Source of the DNA: Sphyrna mokarran
Taxonomy: Eukaryota
Direction of reading: 5' to 3'
DNA: 64,000 nt
NCBI GenBank assembly: GCA_024679065.1
Contig: JAGIQG010000022.1
Span: forward strand, 14,570,001-14,634,000
The notes under the pieces were generated by a model, which saw only the letters and a program-made list of their open reading frames with translations, was not told the DNA's origin and made no database searches. This document shows positions 47,440 through 59,500 of this stretch, piece after piece; the first letter of the stretch is position 1; every line of letters begins with the position of its first letter. The position numbers and the translations under genes are program-made.

Positions 47440-48050
47440 CTAACATAGAATCCCTACAGTGCAGAAAAAGGCTATTCGGCCCATCAAGTCTGCACCGACA
47501 ACAATCTCACCTAAGCCCTTCACTTGTAACCCCAGTTCTACTAACTCTGCTGACACTAGGATCAATTTAGCATGACCAATCCACCTAACCCGCTCATCTT
47601 TAGAGTGTGGGAGGAAACCGGAGTACCCAGAGGAAACCTGCCCAGACATGGAGAGAACATGCAAACTCCACACAGAGGTCGGAATCGAACCCGGGTCCTT
47701 AGCACTTTGCGGCAGCAGGGCAGCATGGTGGCAGTGGTCAGCACTGCTGCCGCATGGAGACAGGAACCCAAATTTGATTCCCAGCTTGGATCACAGTTTG
47801 AATGGAGTTTGAATGTTCTTCCCATATCTGCATGGGTTTCCTCCCGTTTTCTCCCACACTCCAAAGATGTGTAGGTTAGGTGCATTGGCCATGCTAAATT
47901 GATCCTTAATGTTCCGAGGTGTGTAGGTTAGAGAGATTAGAAGGGTAAATATTTGAGGTTACAGGGATAGGGCCTGACAGGGATTGTAACCAGTGTGGGC
48001 TCGATGGGCCAAATAGCCTCCTTCTGCATTGTAGGGATTCTATGATTCTC
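47440..48050. mobile_element. Head-to-head inverted pair of HE1-type SINEs
   Basis: Minus copy ~47440-47717 abuts plus copy ~47718-48050. Confidence 0.85.
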
Positions 48051-51000
48051 AACCATTTTGCCACTCTTTCATATCATTGCTAAATTTGGGGCGTTACAGA
48101 ACTAGTGCATTTATCCTGTGAAACCCAGGAAATATAGAATTAAAAGAGTGCACATAGCCCCATGATGCTTATAAATCATTTAACCTTTTACATCAGAGAA
48201 TGGCGAAAGCTGTCTTTACCACTGATACATTCCCTTTGTGCGAATTGTAATTGTGTCAGAATGAGCAGCATATACATTGAAGCAAATGGCTTTAACTAAG
48301 AATGTGAAAGATTTTCTATTGGAGACAACAGAAGTGCAGAAAATCTTCCCTAAATATCATCACACCTGCATGACAAGAATGGGAAAAACTGAGAGCTTGT
48401 AAAGACCACCCCCTGCTGCTCCCCTCCTGTATTGCAGCTGCTCTGTCACAAAAGGTGCTGCCTCTGAAACCCATTCAAAGTCGAATTTACAGTCAAATGA
48501 TTGTCATCAATTATTATGCATGTACTTATCGAGGTAAGATGCAGAAGAACCACAAAATAAGCTTCTTAACTTGAACACTGGGGAATACTTAATTATAGGT
48601 GTGTGCACAGTGCCTAGCAATAGCTGCCTCACAGTGCCAATAATTAACTTTACAATCCAACAATGTGCACAAAGCCCTTTGTACTTCAGGGCGAAACTTA
48701 AGTTGATAGTGTGGGAATACTTTCATGGATTTTTATTAGGGCGGCATGGTAGCAAAGTGGTTAGCATTCCTTCAGTGTACCCAAACGGGGGCCGGAGCAT
48801 GGCGACTGGGGGATTTTCTGCACTTGCTCACTGTTCTGTTGTCTCCAATGGAAAACCTTTCACATTCTTAGTTAAAGCTGTTTTCTTCCATGTGTATGCT
48901 GCTCATTTTGACACAACTACAATTCATCACAAAGGGAATGTACAAGTGCTAAAGAGACCTTTAGCCATTCTCTGATGGTTAAATGATACCTCACAGCTCC
49001 AGGAACTGGGGATCGATTCTCGGCTAGTTTGCGCAGATCTCTACACTGGGTTTCCTCCCACATTCTGAAAGACGTGCCATTTAGATGTATTGGCCGTGCT
49101 AAGTTCTCCTTCAGTGTACCCAAACGGGTGCCAGAACAGGGTGGCGACTGGGGGATTTTCACAGTTGCAGTATTAACGCAAACCTACTTGTGACACTAAT
49201 AATAAACACTGTCAGGATCTGGCCTGCTTAATTAGGGTCCACCCTGGAAGGAGGTGGCCACACCTTAGAGATCATAGCAAAATAGGAGGAGGCCATTTGG
49301 CCCATCAAGCCTGCTCTGCTATTCATGACAATCAAGGTTGATCATCCAACTCAATAACCTAATCCTGCTTTCTCCCCATACCCCTTGATCCCAATAACCC
49401 GAAGTTTTATATCTAGCTGTCCCTTAGATGGCAGTACACATCTCAACATCCCACCCTCTTGCCCCACAACATATATATATAACATCAGTAACCTGCATTC
49501 AAGACTCCAATGCAAATTGCTCAAGCTGATGCCAAGCTGGAAGGAATCAATTACAATCTAGGCAGGCAGCTCAAAAAAGACAACGTGAGAACGGGCAGTG
49601 AGCTTGAATGTTGACTAGTGCAAAGTACAACACAGAGCGAACCTCAGTCCATGAATAATGTCAAAGTAGCTAAAGATGAAAGTGAATAGGAGCTGGGAAA
49701 CACGGGAGCTTTAAAACCCAGCAGATCCGACCAGCAAAGCCAATAAAATCTTAGAATTTCACAGCAAGGGGAAGTGGTGACCGAGGGAGAATCACAGAAT
49801 CTCTACAGAGCAGAAGGAGGCCATTCAGCCCATCGAGTCTGCACCGATTCTCTGACAGAGCATCTTAAGGAAGCCATCTCTCTCGCCCTATCCCCATAAT
49901 ACCACACATTCACCATAGCTAATTACTACTCAGGACACTAAAGGGGCAATTTAGCATGGCCAATCCACCTAAGCTGCACACAACTTTGGAGTGGTAAAGT
50001 TTATTTATTAGTCACAAGTAAGGCTCACATTAATACTGCAATAAAGTCACTATGAAATTCCCCTAGTCACACACTCCGCCGCCTGTTCAGGTCAATGTGC
50101 CTAACTAGCATGGGAGGAAACCAGAGCACCCGGAGGGAACCCGGGCAGACCGTACAAACTCTATACAAACGGTTACCTGAGCCGGAATTGAACCCATGCT
50201 GCTGGAGCTGTGGGCACCAGTGCTAACCGCTGAGTCACCGGGGATGGTTACAAAAATGCTGTTGCAGGGTCACAATTAATCCAAATGAGCAGCTGTCAAA
50301 TGCTCGAATTTTTCAGTAGGATGTCCAAGTGGTAACCGGGAGCACCGTGTAAACATACCAGCAGTGAAGAGTAAAAACCCCTGTGTGAAAAGATCCACTG
50401 CAAAAAAAAACCCCAAAGTCCAACAAAATTCCACCTGATCAATACCATGAAGGCTGGGAGGTGGATCTGAGTGCGAAAGCTCAGGCTGTAGCAAACTCCG
50501 GTGGGACCATGGAGCCAAACACCATCTTTATCTGTAAAATACCTGACTGAGTGAGAAATAGAACAGAAAGGATCACAGACAAGGAATGGGTCTCAATGGA
50601 TTGTCCATCTGTTGAAAGAACGGAATGAAACTCAACAAGGCTTGGTTGGATATCAATTTACCACCTAATCTTGTGCCCTTCCAGCACACCCTTGCAGCAA
50701 TAGACGACAATCCCACCCCCTCCTCCTCACCCTCCTGAGGGTCCACCTCCTCCCCACCGAACTGGCTCTCACAATGCAACCCATGCAGTTTATACCTGGG
50801 GGCCAACTGAATCCAGAAACCATGGAACTGGAGGATAAAACTAGAGCCAGACCTTTGAAAATGTGGAGAGTTTTTATGTTACAGAGACACACATTACCAG
50901 CACGCATCTCCTAACCCAACAGCCACAGTTTCACTCCTATGTCATTTCAAGGAGCCCAAGCGAATCCCCGGTCCATACCCACCACCTGCATAAAATTATA

Positions 51001-51179
51001 ACACGCATTTAATATCTCGCTGATGTCCCCTTGTTCTGGAAGGGGGCATGACCTTAAGAGAATGTAAGGATTTATTTTGTTTGGAAGGGAAAGAAATGAA
51101 GATGGACGATGTAACAAGTTGATCAGGGTGTAAAATATTGGTTTAACTCTGCCGTTTGAAACGGTCCAGACACACTGAG

Positions 51180-51850
51180 CACAAGAAGGTGCAGCAGGCA
51201 GTAAAGAAGGTGAATGGTATGCTGATCTTCATAGTGAGAGGATTTGACTATAGGAATAGGGATTTTTTACTGCAATTGTATAGGATGTTGGTGGGGCCAC
51301 ACATGGAGTATTATGTGCAGTTTTGCTGTCCTTATCTAAGGAAGGATGTCCTTGCTACAGAGGGAGTGCAGCGAAGGTTTACCAGGCTGATACACGGGAT
51401 GGCAGGTCTGTCATATGAGGAGAGATTAAGTCAGTTAGGATTATATTCACTGGAGTTTAGAAGAGTGACAGGGGATGATATAGAAACTTATATGGGTTGG
51501 GCAGGGTAAATTCAGAAACAATGTTCCTGGTAGTGGGGGAGTCCAGAACTAGGACTCATAGTTTGAAGATAAGGGGTAAACCTTTTAGAACTGAACTGAG
51601 AAGAAATTTCTTTATCCAGAGGGTGGTGAATGTGTGGAATTCACTACTACAGAATGTAGTTGAGGCCAAAAGCATTTTGTGATTTCAAGAAGAAATCAGA
51701 TATAACTTTAGGGGACAAAGAGATCAAAGGATATGAGGGGAAGGCGAGATGAGGATAATGATTCTGATGATCAACCACGATCATAACGAATGGAGGAGCA
51801 GGCTCGAAGGGTCGAATGGCCTACTCCTGATTCCGGTTTCTATGTCTTAA
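51180..51850 (+). mobile_element. 5'-truncated CR1 LINE
   Basis: ORF remnants VQQAVKKVNGML...LYRMLVGPHMEYYVQFCCPYLRKD and ELRRNFFIQRVVNVWNSL, plus 3' UTR. Confidence 0.88.
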
Positions 51851-52909
51851 CTCAACAGTCCCTGAGAAGGCAGCCAGCTCTGTGTCTTACATAACCTCCA
51901 ACCACAAATACTCTCACTGGGTGACCAGCAACACAATCAGCTCCGGATAAAAAACTAAGGGCCGGATTCACCGACCTCGCCAGCCCCCAATTGGGATTGT
52001 CCAGTCCCGCTGCAGGGAACTGAGATTTGATGGATTGCCAACTCTCCACTCTTGCTGGCAGCAGCGAGGAAGCATGAATGGCCGGAGAATCCCAACTGGT
52101 ATCTTTCACAGTCTGGCCTTGGTTTCTAATGACTGGACTCATGATTTAATATCTTCAAAGGAGGCCAATAAATAACGCAGTAAGTAATGTTCCTTCATCT
52201 GGTTCAGTCCCCTTCCATAGGAAATCCTGGCAGAAGGAAAAGGAGAATTAGCTGCACTGGTCTCATTAACATCCAGTCAATGATTCAATAATCACTCACT
52301 TTAATTCATATGACACAGTATGAGTAGGTCTATTGTATTCTTTATACATCTAGTCAATCAATAGCGGCCAAAGCTGGAATATCTGCAAGTCTTTACTTTG
52401 TGTGAGTGAGAAAGACCTGCTCTGCAGAGAGAGAAATTACAGGAACCCTACAATGCAGAGGAAGGCCATTCAGCCCATCAAGTCTGCACCAATGACTTTC
52501 CCACCACCCCGATTCTACCCCCACAATCCCACACTAATCCCTGTAACCCAACAAACTAAGGACTAATTTAGTGCGGCCAATCTACCTAACCAGTACATCT
52601 TTCGGACTGTGGGAGGAAACTGGAGCACCCGGAAGAAATCCACGCAGCCACAGGGAGAAAGTGCAAACTCCCCACAGACAGTGACCCAAGCCGGGAATCA
52701 AACCCAGCTCTCTGGCACTGTGAGGCAGCAGCGCTAACCACTGTGCCGCCTACTTGACCTAGGTTGCAGTATTGAAGGAACGCTGCCTTGTACGGATGGG
52801 GTGGGAGGGGTGAGGGGAGGAATTCTCCAGCTGCTCATGCAAGCAAGATTCTCCAGTCCCACTGGCACGCACATCTCTCCCACCATCAGCATTTCAAATT
52901 CATATACCC

Positions 52910-53445
52910 TTTGTGGGATCTTGCTGTGCGTAACTTCCTGCTGTATTAAGGACACTTAATAGTGTTGTCGAGCAGAGGAATCTTGGGGTACAAGTACATA
53001 GCTCTTTGAAAGTTGGCACCCAGGTTGATAAAGTTGTTAAGAAGGCATACGGTGTGTTAGCTTTTATTGGTAGAGGCATTGAATTTAGGAGCTGTGAGGT
53101 TACGTTACAACTGTACAAAACTCTGGCACGGCCGCACTTGGAGTACTGCGTACAGTTCTGGTCGCCGCATTATAAGATGTAGAAGCATTGGAAAGGGTGC
53201 AGAGGAGGTTTACCAGAATGTTGCCTGGTATGGTGGGAAGGCCTTATGAGGAAAGGCTGAGGAACCTGAGGTTATTTTCATTAGAGAGAAGAAGGTTACG
53301 CGGTGACCTAATTGCGCTGTACTGCGCTGTAATGTTCTTTGTTCTATGTATTTGTCTACAGTCCTGCATTTCAAAGTAATTCATTGGTGGTGAAGCACTT
53401 TGGGATGCTCTAAACATCTTAAGAGCCTCTATAAATGCAAATTCT
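52910..53445 (+). mobile_element. Deu-domain-type SINE remnant split by a CR1 fragment (~52945-53350), just downstream of the tapasin-like stop codon
   Basis: tgtgggatcttgctgtgcg ... ttcattggtggtgaagcactttgggatg...tataaatgcaa; CR1 frame [14 protein letters not shown]. Confidence 0.6.
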
Positions 53446-53492
53446 TACTTACCTTCCATCCAGTAACTACACTGAATCCTCTTTTCCAATTT

Positions 53493-53507
53493 TCAGTAGG
53501 GCTTCTT
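53493..53507 (-). CDS. Terminal coding exon KKPY* (KKxx ER-retrieval motif)
   Basis: Minus-strand ttttatttcttccacag|AAG AAG CCC TAC TGA. Confidence 0.72.
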   Translation of the reverse strand, partial: KKPY

Positions 53508-56500
53508 CTGTGGAAGAAATAAAAGGAAGAACATTAAATACTACACCAGAAGATAACAGTGTATGATGATTCTAATGGTTGCAGTGCTTTTTCCAAAAAC
53601 AAATTTAAGAGTTTAAAAAAAAGTTATGAAATCATATTAATTTTGCCAGCTTGCTTTAATTTGTTAATTCCTTCTGAGCTAAACATCAAACTCAACATAT
53701 TAACCGGAGTTCTCTGACATCATTCATCCCACTGCCAGGGAGAATGGAGAATTTGGCACTCAGCCAAAATTCCATTCCTAGAATCCCTACAGTACAGAAG
53801 GAGTCCATTTGGCCCATCAACTCTGCACCAACCACAATCCCACTCAGGCCCTATTCCTGTGAACCCACACATTTACCCTGCTAATCCCCCTGACACTAAA
53901 GATCAATTTATCATGGCCAATCAACGTAACCTGCACGTTTTTGGACTGTGGGAGGAAACCGGAGCACCCGGAGGAAAACCACACAAACATGGGGAAAATG
54001 AACAAACTCCACACAGACAAATTGGGAATTGGGTCCCTGGTGCTGTGAGGCAGCAATGCTAGCCACTCTGCCGCTTCGCCACCATTCACAAAGCGAGACC
54101 GGAGAATCCCAACTGTCCTGTCTGCATGCCATCACCTCCTGTTTCTATCCCAGCCTCAACCCAACCACAGTAAAAACCTTAATCACTCCAGACTCAAATT
54201 CTCAAGAGTACTTCTCACTGGGTTGTCTGTATGTCACAAGTTCCACATCTATGTTTTGGCTTGTATTAAGTCTCTTGCACCGATCATCTCTACCTTCACT
54301 AACTATTAGCTTCAATCTCTGACAGCACTGAATTTGAAAACTCCACAACTGAAATAGTACACACCATGGAATCAGCCGGGTGCCATAAACTCCATTCCCA
54401 CATCCTGTCACAGTCTATTTAGGCTACTGATTCTGGTCTCCTTCCTCTGCCCCATCAGACATCTAGCTCCTAATTCCCAAACATCCTCTCCATTTTCATA
54501 TTTTTTTTTTGTCATTAAAAGCCTTCTCAAACCCCACCATGCAATGAGCAAGAATGAAGTAATTTTTTTCTTGGCAAAAAGAAAGGATATAATTTCAGGG
54601 AAAGTATGAAAATATCTTAAACCGCAAAATGTACAATACCTTTGTTCAAAAGGAAATGAGGGTCACATATTAATTTGAGACAGAACTTGAGTTCTGCTGA
54701 AGAAAGATGTTTCGTCAAAGACTTCATCTGGCATTCCATAGAACCATGGAATACCTACCGTGCAGAAGGAAGCCATTCGGCCCATCAAGTCTGCACCGAC
54801 TCTCTGAAAGAGCATCTTACCCAGTTCCCCGTCAAACTCCATCCTTGTGCATTTGGCATGGCTAATCCACTGAACCAACATATCCCTGGACACTAAAGGG
54901 GAATTTAGCATGGCCAACCCGCACATCGCTGGACACTAAAGGGGAATTTAGCATGGCCAACCCGCACATCGCTGGACACTAAAAGGGAATTTAGCATGGC
55001 CAACCCGCACATCGCTGGACACTAAAGGGGAATTTAGCATGGCCAACCCGCACATCGCTGGACACTAAAGGGGAATTTAGCATGGCCAACCCGCACATCG
55101 CTGGACACTAAAGGGGAATTTAGCATGGCCAACCCGCACATCGCTGGACACTAAAGGGGAATTTAGCATGGCCAACCCGCACATCGCTGGACACTAAAGG
55201 GGAATTTAGCATGGCCAACCCGCACATCGCTGGACACTAAAGGGGAATTTAGCATGGCCAACCCGCACATCGCTGGACACTAAAAGGGAATTTAGCATGG
55301 CCAACCCGCACATCGCTGGACACTAAAGGGGAATTTAGCATGGCCAACCCGCACATCGCTGGACACTAAAAGGGAATTTAGCATGGCCAATCCACCTAAC
55401 TTGCACATCTTTGGACTGCAGGAATATGTGCAATGGCCCTGCCTCCATTGTTCTCTGGGGAAGAGAATTCCAAACATTAATGAACCTCAGAGAGAAGAAA
55501 TTCCTTCTCCCCTTCATCTTAAATGAGAAACCCGTTATTTCTAGGCTCCTGCATGAGGGGAAGCATCTTGTAACCAGTCATGTTCCCTCAGAATCTGATA
55601 TGTTTTAATGCGATTGCTTCTCCTCCTTCTAAACTGCAATGAGTATAGGCCCAACCTGAACAACCTTTCCTCACAGTCTGACAGAGGGGAAGAAAATACA
55701 GTTACATTGCCAACAAAGTCAGTGATTCATTGGCATTGTATCTAACTAAAATCACCTTTAATACTTTCTTATAGATTCTCTGTGTAAGACTGTGACATTA
55801 ATAAAATTCAAATTACACTGCTCTTACCTTGTTTCTTTCTGTAACTGCAAAGGAAAGGATAAAAAGTCATTAAAAACTCACAATCACACCGCGCAGTGAA
55901 CAGATCACAGCTGACACACACAAAAAATAGTAAGGTGCTTTTGGGGAAAGAAACTAAAAACTTCTGACTTTCATCTAACCGCTGCACTTAGGCTTGAAAA
56001 TAAATTGAACACGATTGGGTAGCTGATCGAGGCATCGAGGGGTGAGCACCAAATCGCAAATCAAATCAAATCCATCAACAATAATGCCCATTTCAATCAA
56101 ACTACAAAGAGTCGTGAATGTAGCCCAATCCATCACACAAACCAGCCTCCCATCCATTCCCGCTGCCTCGGAAAAACAGCCAGCATAATCAAGGACCCCA
56201 TGCACCCTGGACATTCTTTCTTCCACCTTATTCCATTGGGAAAAAGATACAAAAATCTGAGGACGTGTACCAACCGACTCAAGAGCAGCTTCTTCCCTGC
56301 TGCTGTCAGAGTTTTGAATGGACCTATATGAATTAAGCTGATCTTTCCCTATACGCTAGCTGTAATTTAACAGTACATCCTCCACCCTCTCCTTTCCTTC
56401 TCTCCTATATACTCCATGAACAGTATCTTTTTCTGTGTAGTATGTAAGAAACAACACTTTTCACATCATCCCAATACATGTGACAATAATAAATCAAATC

Positions 56501-59500
56501 AAATGTAATAATATATTCTTCAATCACTATCTCCAAGAGTATTCAAACTCTCACCCATTGTCCTTTCCTTGCTTCACTTCTCAATACTTTTGAGATCCTG
56601 AGCCCCTTTGCCAACATTCCTCGATTTCCAAATTTTTGTTTACAAAACAGTCCCCAAATCTATCTCATTCTGCCTCTACAAATCCCTCACATTCTGTTTT
56701 CTTCCCAGACTGATCCATGATATTCCCCAATTCTCTCTACCCAGGAATTGACAGCAGAGCCTTCAGCCATCATGCTCAACCGCTTCCTAAACTTCTAAAT
56801 CTTGCTGCATCACTCCACACCTTAAAAAGTCCCGGAAAATATATCCCTTCATCTTCACTTTCCCCATTTCCCAAACTGCACTGTGTCTTTCCTTCCTTAA
56901 CCATGAGGTGCCTTTTAGATAGTTCATTGTAGTTGTTGATGATATTTAACTTTCTGAGTTTCTCGCTCCCAATCCACCATGTAGCAAGAGTAAGATGACC
57001 CTCTTGTCATACCATCCAAGAAACCTCCACTGTCATTCTATCAGGAAAATCCCAGACAAAGTTACTCTAACACAATCACATCGCCATTAGGCCCTTTCAC
57101 ACTTCCTGTTGCAACCTCCTCTTAAGCAATCAACCCAAGCTGCTTCAGCAACCAACACTGGGTTCAGTAAAAGATAATCACTGATACAGCATTCCAATAA
57201 AACTCAGCATTGCTCTTTCAAGCATATCATTCAATGTTCTGATGGGTCTAATTTTACAAACAAACAGAACATCCCGTTTTAGTAAATCTATTATTTTTTG
57301 GGTTTTTTTTAAATAATTCATTTGTGGGACATGGATGTCACTGGCTGAGTGTCAATTGCCCATCCCTAATTGCTCTTGGAGGGCAGTTGAGAGTCAACCA
57401 CATTGCTGTGGCTCTGGAATCACATGTAGGTCAAGCCTTTCTAAAGGAACATTAGTGAACTAGATGAATTTTTATGACAATGCTTTCATGGTCATCAGTA
57501 AATTCTTAATTCATTTGCAAAGATAAACTGCATCATTGCCAATTAAAGAACTAAAAATTCATCTGACCTTGACAAAACAGTTATTTAAATAGCGAGAAGC
57601 CCAATCGTGACCTGGCTGTCCAACTAGATCTATAAATCTTATGAAACTCTATTTCATAACATGCCTGCCAAAACCTTGTTCAAAGTTGTAAGCCGTTAAT
57701 GTTTATAAATCAATATTGATTTCGCTCATGGCCACTTTCTCTATCCAGTTGGGAGCTGTATTATCCCTCAATATCCCTGACATAACAGAGCTTTAGATGC
57801 TTTTAAAAGGAAATTAAATGAAATCAGATAGGAGAAAAGGTATGAGAGAAAGATATGCTGAAAGACAAAGTAGACAGAACATACAATCCCTACAGTGCAG
57901 GAGGCCATTTGGCCCATCGAGTCTGCACTAACTCTCTGACAGAGTATCTTATCCATGCCCTCTCCCCCACCCTTATCTTGTAACACCACATATTTACCAT
58001 GGTTAATACATTTCACCTACACATCTTTGGACACTTAGGGGCAATTTAGCATGGCCAATCAATCTAAGCCACCCATCTTTGGACTGTGGGAGGAAACCGG
58101 AGCGCCCAGAAGTAGCCCTCACAGACAAAGGGCGAACTTCACACAGATCACCATCCAAGGTCAGAATTGAACCCGGGTCCCTGGAGCTGTGAGGCAGCAA
58201 TGCTAACCTCGGTGCCATCATGCTGCCCAGGAACAAGAAGAGAGTTATATAGAATGGAAACACATCAAAAATATTTATGGCTAATTGTCCTGTTTCTGTG
58301 CTACATACACGGTGCGATTCAGTGAAAAAAAATCCCCTCTGGTGTGAGCTTCCACACAAAAATGTTTTTGCAAGTTGCTTATACAAAGATTGGCCAATCA
58401 CAACAGCGATTACTGTGGAAATATGGACATGGCATCAGAAAATGCTGACAGCAGAGAATTTGTAAAAACAAAAACTCACTATTTTTTATTCGAATCAGCA
58501 GCATGACCAGGAAAGCGCAGATAACCAGGATTATAACCGACGTTAAGATGAACAGAAATATCTGAGACTGTGCTGTGGAAGTAACACAAAAGATTTTCAA
58601 TGTCAGTGTTTTGAGAATTGTTGCTGTGTACATTGCAAACAGGAGTTCCCCTCAAAGGAGAACCAGAAGACCTCTGGTTAACATTTATCCTTTCAATTAA
58701 AAGTTTATTTATTAGTCAAAAGTAAGACTTACATTAACATTGCAATGAAGTTAATGTGAAATTCCCCTAGTCACCACACTCTGGCACGTATTTGGGTCAA
58801 TGCACCTAACCAGCACATCTTTTAGACTGGGGGAAGGAAACCGGAGCACCCAGAGGAGAGAAAATGCAAACTCCACAGGTCTCTAGTGCTGTGAGGCAGC
58901 AGTATTAACCACTGTGCTACCATGCCACCCCAACATTTAACATCAAAAACCAAAAAGCATTTTTATTTTTTTATTTATTAGTGTCACAAGTAGGCTTACA
59001 TTAACACTGCAATGAAGTTATTGTGAAAATCCCTTAATCACCACACTCTGGGTACACTGAGGGAGAATTTAGCATGGCCAATGCACTTAACCAACACACC
59101 TTTTGGATTGTGGGAGGAAACTGGAGTACCCGGAGGAACTTCACACAGACACTGGGAAACTCCGCACAGACAGTGACCCAAGCCGGGCCTCAAACCTGGG
59201 TGCCTGGTGCATTGAGAAGCAACAGCGTGAATCACTGTGCCACCTTGCCGCTATATTTCTCACTTCATTTATTATATGTTACACTTGGCAGAATTAAATA
59301 TAAATTGTTTGCCTCATTGCAAAGATGATTTAAATATTTCTTCAAAGAATTGACCATATGTTTTGTCCTTTCTTCTCTGCTTTGGAATTATTTGATCAAT
59401 GAAGAAGCTGATAAAGAATTTCTGCTTCTAAAGGTCATTTATGTTGACACAAGGACAGAACCCTGAGATACTCCATTCATCATCCCCACTCCTGCTAACA

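Noticed and set aside
51156-51682. Intact reverse-transcriptase gene
   Set aside because: Only a frameshifted, 5'-truncated CR1 C-terminal remnant; the same holds for 29468, 30025, 53188 and 59635-60596.
54886-55390. 43-bp direct repeats resembling a CRISPR array
   Set aside because: The units are contiguous with no unique spacers, derive from a SINE, and lie in a vertebrate intron with no cas genes.
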